DNA of 24,000 nt from Thermoleophilaceae bacterium (GTDB lineage Bacteria; Actinomycetota; Thermoleophilia; Solirubrobacterales; Thermoleophilaceae). Each line of letters begins with the position of its first letter. Position 1 is the stretch's first letter. This document shows positions 6,481 to 13,934 of this stretch, in pieces. The notes under the pieces are model-generated. The model did not search any database, was not told where the DNA came from, and saw nothing but the letters and a program-made list of their open reading frames with translations. The stretch is taken from positions 77,674 to 101,673 of the forward strand of contig DASVQB010000008.1 of the NCBI GenBank assembly GCA_036389295.1, in the 5' to 3' direction. A program made the translations under genes and the position numbers.

Positions 6481-9321
6481 ATGAGGCTCCGCAGGCTCGT
6501 CGGTATCGGCGCGGCCGCCGCCGCGGCGGCGGTCGCGGGCGTCGCGATCGGAGCCGACTCGAAGGACGAGGGCCGCATCGGCCCCGACAGCCGGGTCCAG
6601 CCGAGCGGCCGCAAGCTCACGCCGGCCGGCAAGCTCACCCGGATCGGCAACCACCCGGCCGGCGGCCAGCTCACGCCCGACGGGCGCTTCCTGTGGACGA
6701 TCTCGTCCGGCCGCGGCCGCAACGACGTCCGCATCGTGCGGGTCGACCCCGGGCTCCACTGCAGGCACGGCGCCCGCGGCGCCGCGTGCCGGAGGCGGCG
6801 CTCCGCCCGGATCGGCAAGGTGGTCCAGACGATCCCGATGCCGGGCGCGAGCGGCGGGATCGCGATGGCGCCGGACGGGCGGACCGCCTACGTCTCGGGC
6901 ACTCCGGAGTCGAGCCACGACGACCAGCAGGCGCCCGAGGGCACGCCCGGCAAGCAGGGCGACGTCATCCACGTCTTCCGCTACGACGCGCGCAGGGGGA
7001 CGGCCAAGCGGGACGGCCTGATCGAGGTCCCCCCGCCGGGCGACTCGCCGATCGTCCAGCGCTTCCCGCCCGGCACCGACCGGCTCTCCTGGCCGCGCGA
7101 CCTCGCGGTCTCGCGCGACGGCAAGACGCTGCTGGCGGCCCTGAACCTGGCCGACTACGCGGCCGTGGTCGACACCTCGAGCCGGTCGGTCAAGTTCGTG
7201 AAGGTCGGCAGCTACCCGTACGGCGCGGCGATAACGAGCGACGGCAAGCACGGCCTGGTCTCGAACGAGTCGGACGGGACCGTGTCGGTGATCGACCTCG
7301 CCGATGCGACGAAGGTCAAGGACATCCAGGTCGGGCCGCACCTCTCCCACCCGGAGGCGATCGCGGTCGACCCGAAGCAGCCGCGCGCGTACGTGGCCGT
7401 GGCGCACCAGGACGTGGTCGCGGTGATCGACACGCGGAAGCTCGAGGTCGAGCGGACGCTGTCGGTCGAGCGGCCCGAGGGCATCGGCGCCGAGCCGACC
7501 GACGTGACGGTCACCGACGACGGCCGCCGGCTGCTGGTCGCCGACTCGGGCGAGGACGCGGTCGCGGTCTTCGCCCTGCCGAGCACCGGCCCGTCGGCCT
7601 CGTCTTCGCGCCGGTCCGCGTCCGAGGAGGAGGAAGAGGAGGAGGGCGCGATCCGGGCGACCGCGACCAAGAAGCCGAAGGCGTTCGAGCTGATCGGCCG
7701 CGTGCCGGTCGCCTCGTACCCCGTGGCCGTCGACGCGACCCCGAAGCGGCGCAAGCTCGTCTGGATCGCGGCCAAGGGCCTCGGCGTGGGCCCGAACCCG
7801 AGGGGGCCCAACCCGAACTCGCCCAAGAACTCCGACGACGGGATCAACTCGTTCCAGTACCTGCCGTCGATCGTCACCGGGACGTCCGGGATCCGCAGCT
7901 TCCCGGACGACCGCAGCCTGCGCGCGCTGACGCCGAAGGCATCCCGGCAGATCCGGCCGGCGAACGACCAGAAGCCCCCGGCGGGCACGCCGATCGCGAC
8001 CGGCGCCGGGAAGATCGAGCACGTCTTCTACATCGTCCGCGAGAACCGCACCTACGACCAGGTGATGGGCGACGAGCCGCGCGGCGACGGCGACCCGAAG
8101 CTGACCCTGTTCGGCGAGAACGTCACGCCGAACGCCCACGCGCTCGCGAGGCGGTTCCCGCTGCTCGACCACGTGTACGCGAACTCCGAGGCCTCGATCG
8201 ACGGGCACTTCTGGACCTCGGCCGGCGCGGTGTCCGACTACGTCACGAAGAACTGGCACCAGAACTACGGCGGCCGCAAGCGCCCGTACGACTTCGGCGT
8301 GTACGCGGTCACCTGGCCGGCGAAGCGGTTCCTGTTCGACCAGGCCGAGAAGCAGGGCATCTCGTACTTCAACTACGGCGAGGCGATCGCCGGCGTGGTG
8401 CCGCTGACCGACAAGGACCGCAACGCGGAGGAGACCGAGCAGGTCACCACCAAGCTCTCGCACTCCGACATCGGCCCGCCGACCGGCTGCTTCCCGAACG
8501 ACGCCTCGGCCGGCGGCGTCGACTCCGTGCTCCAGGGCCAGGTCGAGATCTTCGACTCGACGCCGCCGGTCGGCGCGCGGCCCGACTCCGAGTCGCGCTT
8601 CGACTGCTTCAGGAGCCGCTTCCTGGCCCAGTCGGCGACGGGCTCGGTGCCGCGGTTCAACTACCTGACGCTGTCGAACGACCACACGTCGGGCACCACT
8701 CCCGGGCGGCGCACGCCGACCGCGATGATCGCCGAGAACGACTACGCCGTCGGGCAGGTGGTCGACCTGATCTCGCACTCGCCGATCTGGGAGCGGTCGC
8801 TGATCATGGTCATCGAGGACGACTCGCAGGACGGCGCCGACCACGTGGACGCCCACCGGATCCCGGCCTTCGTCATCAGCCCGTACGCCAGGCGCAGCGC
8901 CGTGATCCACACGCGCTACGACTTCCTCTCGTTCATCCGGACGCTCGAGCTGGTGGTGGGGATGGACCCCCTCAACCTGTTCGACGCGACGGCGGTGCCG
9001 CTCTACGACGCGTTCGGATCCGCTCCGGACAACGCCGAGCCGTACGACGCGATCCCGCCGAACGTGAACCTGCTCGACCGCAACACGGCGTCGAGCGCCA
9101 ACTCGCGCCTGTCGCGGCAGCTGCCGCTCGACACGCCCGACCGCGTGCCCCAGGCGCTGCTCGACCGGATCCTCTGGCAGCACGTGCACGGCGCCGGCGC
9201 GGAGCCGCCGCCGCCGCCGGGGCCGAACGCGTCCGGCGAGGACATCGAGGCGTGGCGGCGCGGAGGCCACCCCGGCGCCGAGCACGAGGAGGAGGCCGGC
9301 GCGGAGGATCGCGACCGGTAA
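6481..9321 (+). CDS. secreted fusion protein: an N-terminal YncE/YVTN-type beta-propeller plus a C-terminal phosphoesterase (PLC / acid-phosphatase AcpA family) domain
   Basis: It has a signal or TM N-terminus (MRLRRLVGIGAAAAAAAVAGVAIG). Propeller-like repeats include LTPDGRFLW, MAPDGRTAYVSG, VSRDGKTLLAA, ITSDGKHGLVSNESDGTVSVID and VTDDGRRLLVADSG. Phosphoesterase motifs include IEHVFYIVRENRTYDQVMGD, FNYLTLSNDHTSG and MVIEDDSQDGADHVDAHRIPAFVISPYA. AAGGTGA (6467-6473) lies 7 nt upstream of the ATG. Confidence 0.85.
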   Translation: MRLRRLVGIGAAAAAAAVAGVAIGADSKDEGRIGPDSRVQPSGRKLTPAGKLTRIGNHPAGGQLTPDGRFLWTISSGRGRNDVRIVRVDPGLHCRHGARGAACRRRRSARIGKVVQTIPMPGASGGIAMAPDGRTAYVSGTPESSHDDQQAPEGTPGKQGDVIHVFRYDARRGTAKRDGLIEVPPPGDSPIVQRFPPGTDRLSWPRDLAVSRDGKTLLAALNLADYAAVVDTSSRSVKFVKVGSYPYGAAITSDGKHGLVSNESDGTVSVIDLADATKVKDIQVGPHLSHPEAIAVDPKQPRAYVAVAHQDVVAVIDTRKLEVERTLSVERPEGIGAEPTDVTVTDDGRRLLVADSGEDAVAVFALPSTGPSASSSRRSASEEEEEEEGAIRATATKKPKAFELIGRVPVASYPVAVDATPKRRKLVWIAAKGLGVGPNPRGPNPNSPKNSDDGINSFQYLPSIVTGTSGIRSFPDDRSLRALTPKASRQIRPANDQKPPAGTPIATGAGKIEHVFYIVRENRTYDQVMGDEPRGDGDPKLTLFGENVTPNAHALARRFPLLDHVYANSEASIDGHFWTSAGAVSDYVTKNWHQNYGGRKRPYDFGVYAVTWPAKRFLFDQAEKQGISYFNYGEAIAGVVPLTDKDRNAEETEQVTTKLSHSDIGPPTGCFPNDASAGGVDSVLQGQVEIFDSTPPVGARPDSESRFDCFRSRFLAQSATGSVPRFNYLTLSNDHTSGTTPGRRTPTAMIAENDYAVGQVVDLISHSPIWERSLIMVIEDDSQDGADHVDAHRIPAFVISPYARRSAVIHTRYDFLSFIRTLELVVGMDPLNLFDATAVPLYDAFGSAPDNAEPYDAIPPNVNLLDRNTASSANSRLSRQLPLDTPDRVPQALLDRILWQHVHGAGAEPPPPPGPNASGEDIEAWRRGGHPGAEHEEEAGAEDRDR

Positions 9322-9358
9322 TGATGCGGTCTCCGAAACCGGACAAGGAGATGCATCA

Positions 9359-10186
9359 GTGGGCGTACTCGACGGCAAGGCGGCGATCGTCACCGGCTCG
9401 GCGCGCGGCATCGGCCGCGCCACCGCGGAGCTGCTCGCCGAGCAGGGCGCGCAGGTCCTGATCAACGACCTCGACGCGGACGTCGCGGAGCAGGCGGCCG
9501 GCGAGATCCAGGGCGAGACGGCGGTGTTCGGCGGCGATCTGACCAAGGAGGGCGTGCCGGAGCAGCTCGTCCAGACCGCCGTCGACTCGTTCGGCAAGCT
9601 CGACATCGTGGTGAACAACGCCGGCTACACCCACGACGGCGTGATCCACAAGATGACCGACCAGCAGTTCCAGGCGATGCTGGACATCCACACGATCGTG
9701 CCGTTCCGGGTCATCCGCGCGGCCGCGCCGCACATGCGCGAGCCGGCCAAGCAGGAGATGGCGGAGGGCAAGGAGGTGTTCCGCAAGATCGTGAACGTGT
9801 CGTCGATCTCGGGGACGATGGGGAACGCCGGGCAGGTCAACTACTCGGCCGCCAAGGCGGGCGTCGTGGGGCTGACCAAGACGCTGGCCAAGGAGTGGGG
9901 GCAGTTCAAGGTGAACGTGAACGCCGTGGCGTTCGGGTTCATCGAGACGCGCCTGACCGCCGCCAAGGAGGACGCCGGGACGATCCAGAAGGACGGCGAG
10001 GAGATCCAGCTCGGCATCCCCGCGCAGCAGCGCGAGATGGCGCGGTTCGTGATCCCGCTGGGCCGGCCGGGGACGCCCGAGGAGGCCGCGGGCGGGATCT
10101 TCTTCCTCTGCACGCCGTGGTCGAACTACGTGCACGGCCAGGTGCTGAACGTGACCGGCGGGCAGTTCGGGGGGATGACGACCTAG
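9359..10186 (+). CDS. short-chain dehydrogenase/reductase, FabG-like 3-oxoacyl reductase
   Basis: It has TGSARGIGRA (the Rossmann TGxxxGxG motif), NNAG and the S...YSAAKAG catalytic triad. The GTG at 9359 is preceded by AAGGAG (9344-9349). Confidence 0.85.
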   Translation: MGVLDGKAAIVTGSARGIGRATAELLAEQGAQVLINDLDADVAEQAAGEIQGETAVFGGDLTKEGVPEQLVQTAVDSFGKLDIVVNNAGYTHDGVIHKMTDQQFQAMLDIHTIVPFRVIRAAAPHMREPAKQEMAEGKEVFRKIVNVSSISGTMGNAGQVNYSAAKAGVVGLTKTLAKEWGQFKVNVNAVAFGFIETRLTAAKEDAGTIQKDGEEIQLGIPAQQREMARFVIPLGRPGTPEEAAGGIFFLCTPWSNYVHGQVLNVTGGQFGGMTT

Positions 10187-10201
10187 GGAGTGGACGACCC
10201 G

Positions 10202-10606
10202 ATGCCGGTGGCGCGGGGCGTCGCGATCCCGCTCGCCGAGGTCGAGCTGCGGGCGAGCCGGTCGTCGGGGCCGGGCGGGCAGCACGCGAACGTGACCGCC
10301 TCGCGGATCGAGGCGGTGTTCGACGTGGCCGCGTCGCGGGCGTTGAGCGAGTCGCAGAAGCGGCGGGTGATGGCGCGAGCCGGGCCGCGGGTCGTGGCGG
10401 TGGCGCAGGACGCGCGGTCGCAGGCGCGGAACCGCGAGCTGGCGCTGGAGCGGCTGCGGGGGCGGCTCGCGTCGGCCCTGGCCGTGCCGCGGGCGCGGCG
10501 GGCGACCCGGCCCACGCGCGCGGCCGGCGAGCGCCGGCTCGAGGCGAAGCGGCGGGCGGCGCAGCGCAAGCGCTCGCGGCGCCGGGTGGACCCCGGAGAC
10601 GGCTGA
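10202..10606 (+). CDS. arfB: alternative ribosome-rescue factor ArfB (YaeJ-type peptidyl-tRNA hydrolase)
   Basis: It has the GGQ motif in SSGPGGQHANVT, a conserved ...AQDARSQARNRELALERL..., and a basic C-terminal tail (RRATRPTRAAGERRLEAKRRAAQRKRSRRR). The layout matches E. coli ArfB. The ATG at 10202 lies 11 nt after GGGAG. GTG 10190 is an in-frame alternative start. Confidence 0.85.
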   Translation: MPVARGVAIPLAEVELRASRSSGPGGQHANVTASRIEAVFDVAASRALSESQKRRVMARAGPRVVAVAQDARSQARNRELALERLRGRLASALAVPRARRATRPTRAAGERRLEAKRRAAQRKRSRRRVDPGDG

Positions 10607-10633
10607 GCCGGACCCCGGGCGGGCCTCGACCGC

Positions 10634-11479
10634 TCAGGCGGAGCCCGGCTTCGGCCGGCGCTGCTCGGCGAGCGGCTTGCCGGCGTCGTCCACCAGCCCG
10701 GGCGGTGGCCACGGCCCCATCCAGTTGTCGCGGGCCCCGTCGAGGGTGATGACGGTCCCGGAGTAGTAGTCCCCGGCCGGCGACGCGAGGTACGCCACGA
10801 GCCACGCGTGCTCCTCGGGCCGGCCGAGCCGTCCGAGCGGCACCGTCCGCGCCACGTTCTCGGCGACCGGCCGCGGGTACTTCTGGATCGCCTCGGTCTC
10901 GAAGTGCCCGGCGGCGAGCGCGGTCAGCCGGATCTGGAACCGGGCCCACTCGATCGAGAGCACCCGGGTCAGGTTCTCCACCGCCGCGCGGGCGGCCGAG
11001 GAGTGCGCCATGCCCGGCAGGCCGTGGTGCGGCGACAGCGTCACCGAGATCACCTTCCCGCCGCCCGCCGGGATCATCGCCTTCGTAGCGACGGCCTGGG
11101 TCATCAGCCAGGTCCCGACCAGGTTGAGCCTGACGACCGTCTCGAACCCCTTCGTGGTGATGTCCTCCGCGGGCGTCATGTACTGCCCGCCGGCGTTGTT
11201 GACCAGCGTGTCGATCCGGCCGTGGCGCTCGAGCACGCCGTCGACGAGCGACGCGACCTGGTCCTCCTCGCGGATGTCGCAGACGACGGCCTCGCAGCGC
11301 CCGCCCTCGCACGCCGCCGCGGTCTCGTCGAGCGGCTCGGCCCGGCGGCCTGCGACCACCACCCGGGCGCCGAGCGCGGCCAGCTCGACGGCGGTCGCCC
11401 GGCCGAGCCCGCTGCCGCCGCCGGTCACCACGACCACCTGGTCGTCGAGCAGGCCCGGGGCGAAGATCCGCGACGGCAT
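10634..11479 (-). CDS. SDR-family reductase, PECR/DECR-like (enoyl- or dienoyl-CoA reductase type)
   Basis: It has VTGGGSGLGRA and NNAGG. AHSSAARAAVENLTRVLSIEW resembles the atypical active-site segment of 2,4-dienoyl-CoA / trans-2-enoyl-CoA reductases. Confidence 0.75.
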   Translation of the reverse strand: MPSRIFAPGLLDDQVVVVTGGGSGLGRATAVELAALGARVVVAGRRAEPLDETAAACEGGRCEAVVCDIREEDQVASLVDGVLERHGRIDTLVNNAGGQYMTPAEDITTKGFETVVRLNLVGTWLMTQAVATKAMIPAGGGKVISVTLSPHHGLPGMAHSSAARAAVENLTRVLSIEWARFQIRLTALAAGHFETEAIQKYPRPVAENVARTVPLGRLGRPEEHAWLVAYLASPAGDYYSGTVITLDGARDNWMGPWPPPGLVDDAGKPLAEQRRPKPGSA

Positions 11480-11491
11480 GGCGCGGGCAGG

Positions 11492-12082
11492 TTAACCGCG
11501 CAGCCGCCGTGCCACGGCCGCGAGCGTCGCCTCGACATGGCGCGGGTCGTACCTCACCTGCCCGTGCGTGAATCGCAGCGGCGTCAACCCGGCGGCCGCG
11601 TGGACCTGGTCGCGCACGCGATCCTTCGCCTGCTGCTGGGGCGTGCGGTGGTAGCCGAGCCCGTCGGACTCCACGACCAGCCCCAGCTCGGGCCAGTGGA
11701 AGTCGACCTCGACGCCGCCCGCCCGCTCGCGCGTCCGCGGCTTCGGAAGCCCGGCCCGGCGCGCGATCGGCAGGAACAGCCGCTCGAGGCGCGAGCGGGT
11801 GAGCACGAAGGTGCGCTCGTCGAGGGTCCTGCGGAGCACGCCGACGCCGGGCCGCCGGTCGACGGCGTCGAGCGCCCTCCGCAGGCGGTCCGGCGTGACC
11901 AGCCCGAGCACGTCGGCCTCGTTGACCGCCGCCTCGAGCTCGTCGCGGGTGAGGCGGGTGGCGAGGTCGATCAGGGTGGCGACCGGGGTGGTGACTTGGA
12001 TGCCGTGGCGCCGGGTCGCCTCCACCCGGGCCCTGCGGTGGAGCGCCAGGCCCTTCCGTCGCCGGCACGTGGCGTGAGGCAC
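11492..12082 (-). CDS. DUF559 (Vsr/endonuclease-like fold) domain protein, probably a 5'-truncated remnant
   Basis: The C-terminus (VDFHWPELGLVVESDGLGYHRTPQQQAKDRVRDQ...LRFTHGQV) is the DUF559 core. The first usable start is GTG 12082. However, recognisable homology (..GHESAAELWRI..) continues for 31 codons upstream to an in-frame TGA at 12178-12176. Confidence 0.55.
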   Translation of the reverse strand: MPHATCRRRKGLALHRRARVEATRRHGIQVTTPVATLIDLATRLTRDELEAAVNEADVLGLVTPDRLRRALDAVDRRPGVGVLRRTLDERTFVLTRSRLERLFLPIARRAGLPKPRTRERAGGVEVDFHWPELGLVVESDGLGYHRTPQQQAKDRVRDQVHAAAGLTPLRFTHGQVRYDPRHVEATLAAVARRLRG

Positions 12083-12213
12083 CGAGAGGTGGATCGGACC
12101 CGGTCGCTCGCGCCTGATCCTCCATAGCTCGGCGGCCGACTCGTGGCCGGTGCCCCTCGCCGTCAGTGCCGCTTTTCACCCGGCCGGCGGCGCGGCCGTG
12201 CAATGGTTCCCGA

Positions 12214-13122
12214 ATGGCGACCGGGGCCGAGCCGAGGCGAGCCGAGCTGCCGCTCCCGGGCGGGCGCGAGGGCGCCGCCGTGAGGGTGCGCCCGCTGCTG
12301 TGCGGGACCGCGACGTGGCCGACCGCCTGGCCGCACCGCGAGGAGGGCCGCCTTGCGGGCGCGAAGGCGCTCGGGCTCTGGCCGGGGAGCAGGTCGGTCG
12401 TGCTGCCGATCGTCGCCTACCTCGTCGAGCACCCGGCGGCCGGGCCGATCCTGGTCGACACCGGGCTCCACCCGTCGATCGCGGTCGACCCGAAGCAGAA
12501 CCTGGGCCGCTTCCACGCCTCGACCAGCATGCGCACGGTCCGGATGGAGCCGCAGCAGGCCGTGGCGGAGCAGCTGCGCTCGGCGGGGATCGAGCCGTCG
12601 GCCGTGAAGCTCGTCGTCATGACCCACCTCCACTACGACCACGCGAGCGCGATGTCCGAGTTCCCCGGCGCCACCTTCGTCTTCACCCGCCAGGAGTGGG
12701 AGGCCGCCACCGAGCCGCGCGCCCTGTTCCAGGGCTACGTCCGCAGCAACTTCGACCACGCCTTCGACTACCGGCTGCTCGAGTTCGAGGGCGAGGAGGT
12801 CGGCTCGTTCGCCAGCTTCGGCCGCGCCTTCGACCTGCTGGGCGACGGAAGCGTCCGGGTGGCCTTCACCCCCGGCCACACCGCCGGCCACATGTCCGTG
12901 GTCCTGCGCACGAGGAGCCGCGAGGTCCTGGCGATCGGCGACGCCGCCTACACCGAGCACACCCTGAGTACGAGCCACCTCCCCTACCGGATGCACGACG
13001 AGCACAACTTCCGCCGCTCGCTCCGCGAGATCCAGCGCTACGCCGAGCAGACCCCGAGCGCCCTTCTCGTCCCCGGCCACGACATGGAGGCCTGGGAGCG
13101 GCTCGACCCGGTGTACGAGTAG
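12214..13122 (+). CDS. MBL-fold metallo-hydrolase, N-acyl-homoserine-lactonase (AiiA)-like
   Basis: It has the HxHxDH motif as THLHYDHAS and a second metal site as FTPGHTAGH. I prefer ATG 12214 over GTG 12166, but the start is uncertain. Confidence 0.75.
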   Translation: MATGAEPRRAELPLPGGREGAAVRVRPLLCGTATWPTAWPHREEGRLAGAKALGLWPGSRSVVLPIVAYLVEHPAAGPILVDTGLHPSIAVDPKQNLGRFHASTSMRTVRMEPQQAVAEQLRSAGIEPSAVKLVVMTHLHYDHASAMSEFPGATFVFTRQEWEAATEPRALFQGYVRSNFDHAFDYRLLEFEGEEVGSFASFGRAFDLLGDGSVRVAFTPGHTAGHMSVVLRTRSREVLAIGDAAYTEHTLSTSHLPYRMHDEHNFRRSLREIQRYAEQTPSALLVPGHDMEAWERLDPVYE

Positions 13123-13902
13123 CTACGGGGCCGCGGTCCGCCGGGCCGCGCCCTCGGCGGCCCGCCCCGCCGCCCGCCGCGCCGCCCGGGCGGCCCGGAC
13201 CGCCCGCCGGCGGCCGTTCCGGTGGAGCCCGTAGTAGACGTGCTCGACCCGCTCGAAGATCATGTCCGCCGCGGCCTGCGACTGCTCGCGGGTCGGCGAC
13301 TCGACCCGCTCGAAGCGGATCGGGTCCGAGTACTGGACGGTCACCTTCGGGAACCGCAGCCGCTTCCAGTTGCGGACGGCGGCGGAGCCGGCGATCGCCG
13401 ACGGCACCACCGGCGCGCCCGACTCGAGCGCCAGGCGCCCGATGCCGGGCCTGGCCTCCCCCAGCTCGCCGCTCCGCGACCGACCGCCCTCCGCGTACAT
13501 CACGATCACCTTCCCGCGCGCGAGCAGCGAGTGGGCGGTCACGAACGCCTCCTCGTCGCGGTGCCCGCGGCGGATCGGGAACACGCCGCCGTGGTCGTAG
13601 ATGAACTGGAGCGGCCGCTTGAAGAGCTGCGACTTCGCCATGAAGTGCACCTTGCGCCGCAGGTAGACGGCGATGAAGAAGTGATCGAAGAACGAGAAGT
13701 GGTTGGGGGCCACGATCGCCGGGCCCTCGGAGGGGACCTTGTGCGAGTCGATGCAGCGGGTCCGGTAGAAGAGCAGCAGGATCGGCGTGAGGACGAGCCG
13801 CACGGCCTCGTACATGAAGTCCGGCTCGCGCGTGCGCGTGCGCTGGTGGAAGCGCGTGAAGTAGTCCGCGGGGCGGGGGTCCTTGTAGACCTGAGGCTTC
13901 AC
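13123..13902 (-). CDS. 1-acyl-sn-glycerol-3-phosphate acyltransferase family (PlsC-type) protein
   Basis: It has the NHxxxxD motif (APNHFSFFDH), FPIRRG, and YAEGGRSRSG (the EGTR-type motif). The start GTG 13902 was chosen because GC3 stays high upstream of the internal ATG. The C-terminus is an Arg/Ala-rich tail. Confidence 0.8.
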   Translation of the reverse strand: MKPQVYKDPRPADYFTRFHQRTRTREPDFMYEAVRLVLTPILLLFYRTRCIDSHKVPSEGPAIVAPNHFSFFDHFFIAVYLRRKVHFMAKSQLFKRPLQFIYDHGGVFPIRRGHRDEEAFVTAHSLLARGKVIVMYAEGGRSRSGELGEARPGIGRLALESGAPVVPSAIAGSAAVRNWKRLRFPKVTVQYSDPIRFERVESPTREQSQAAADMIFERVEHVYYGLHRNGRRRAVRAARAARRAAGRAAEGAARRTAAP

Positions 13903-13934
13903 TGGGGTTGACCTACCCAGGTGCGCCGCGGACG

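Noticed and set aside
7615-7647. A purine-rich GAG/GAA run that might be taken for a simple-sequence repeat or regulatory tract.
   Set aside because: It is in frame inside the phosphoesterase fusion gene and encodes the poly-Glu interdomain linker (EEEEEEE). I treat it as a coding low-complexity segment.
5737-9618. A 1293-aa ORF on the '-' strand, the longest in the track.
   Set aside because: Only its last 651 nt (5737-6387) encode a recognisable protein, the ECF sigma. The rest is antisense to the well-supported phosphoesterase and SDR genes. It translates to Arg/Pro/Gly/Val-rich low-complexity sequence, which is the usual stop-codon-poor artefact of very high GC DNA.
10190-10201. GTG 10190 as the arfB start. 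GTG 12166 as the MBL-hydrolase start is a similar case.
   Set aside because: GTG 10190 abuts the GGGAG with no spacer, whereas ATG 10202 has proper spacing. For the hydrolase, ATG 12214 removes an unconserved-looking Arg/Pro leader. Both remain possible, so the 5' ends are only moderately confident.
10590-10650. An imperfect inverted repeat (CTGAGCCGG ... CCGCTCAG) between convergent arfB and the SDR, considered as a bidirectional terminator.
   Set aside because: The stem has a bulge and a loop of about 20 nt, and it overlaps both stop codons. That is too weak to call from sequence alone.
9939-12203. A 754-aa ORF on the '-' strand spanning arfB, the SDR and the DUF559 gene.
   Set aside because: It is out of frame with the motif-bearing genes in the same interval. 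Its translation is almost pure Arg/Pro/Ala/Gly.
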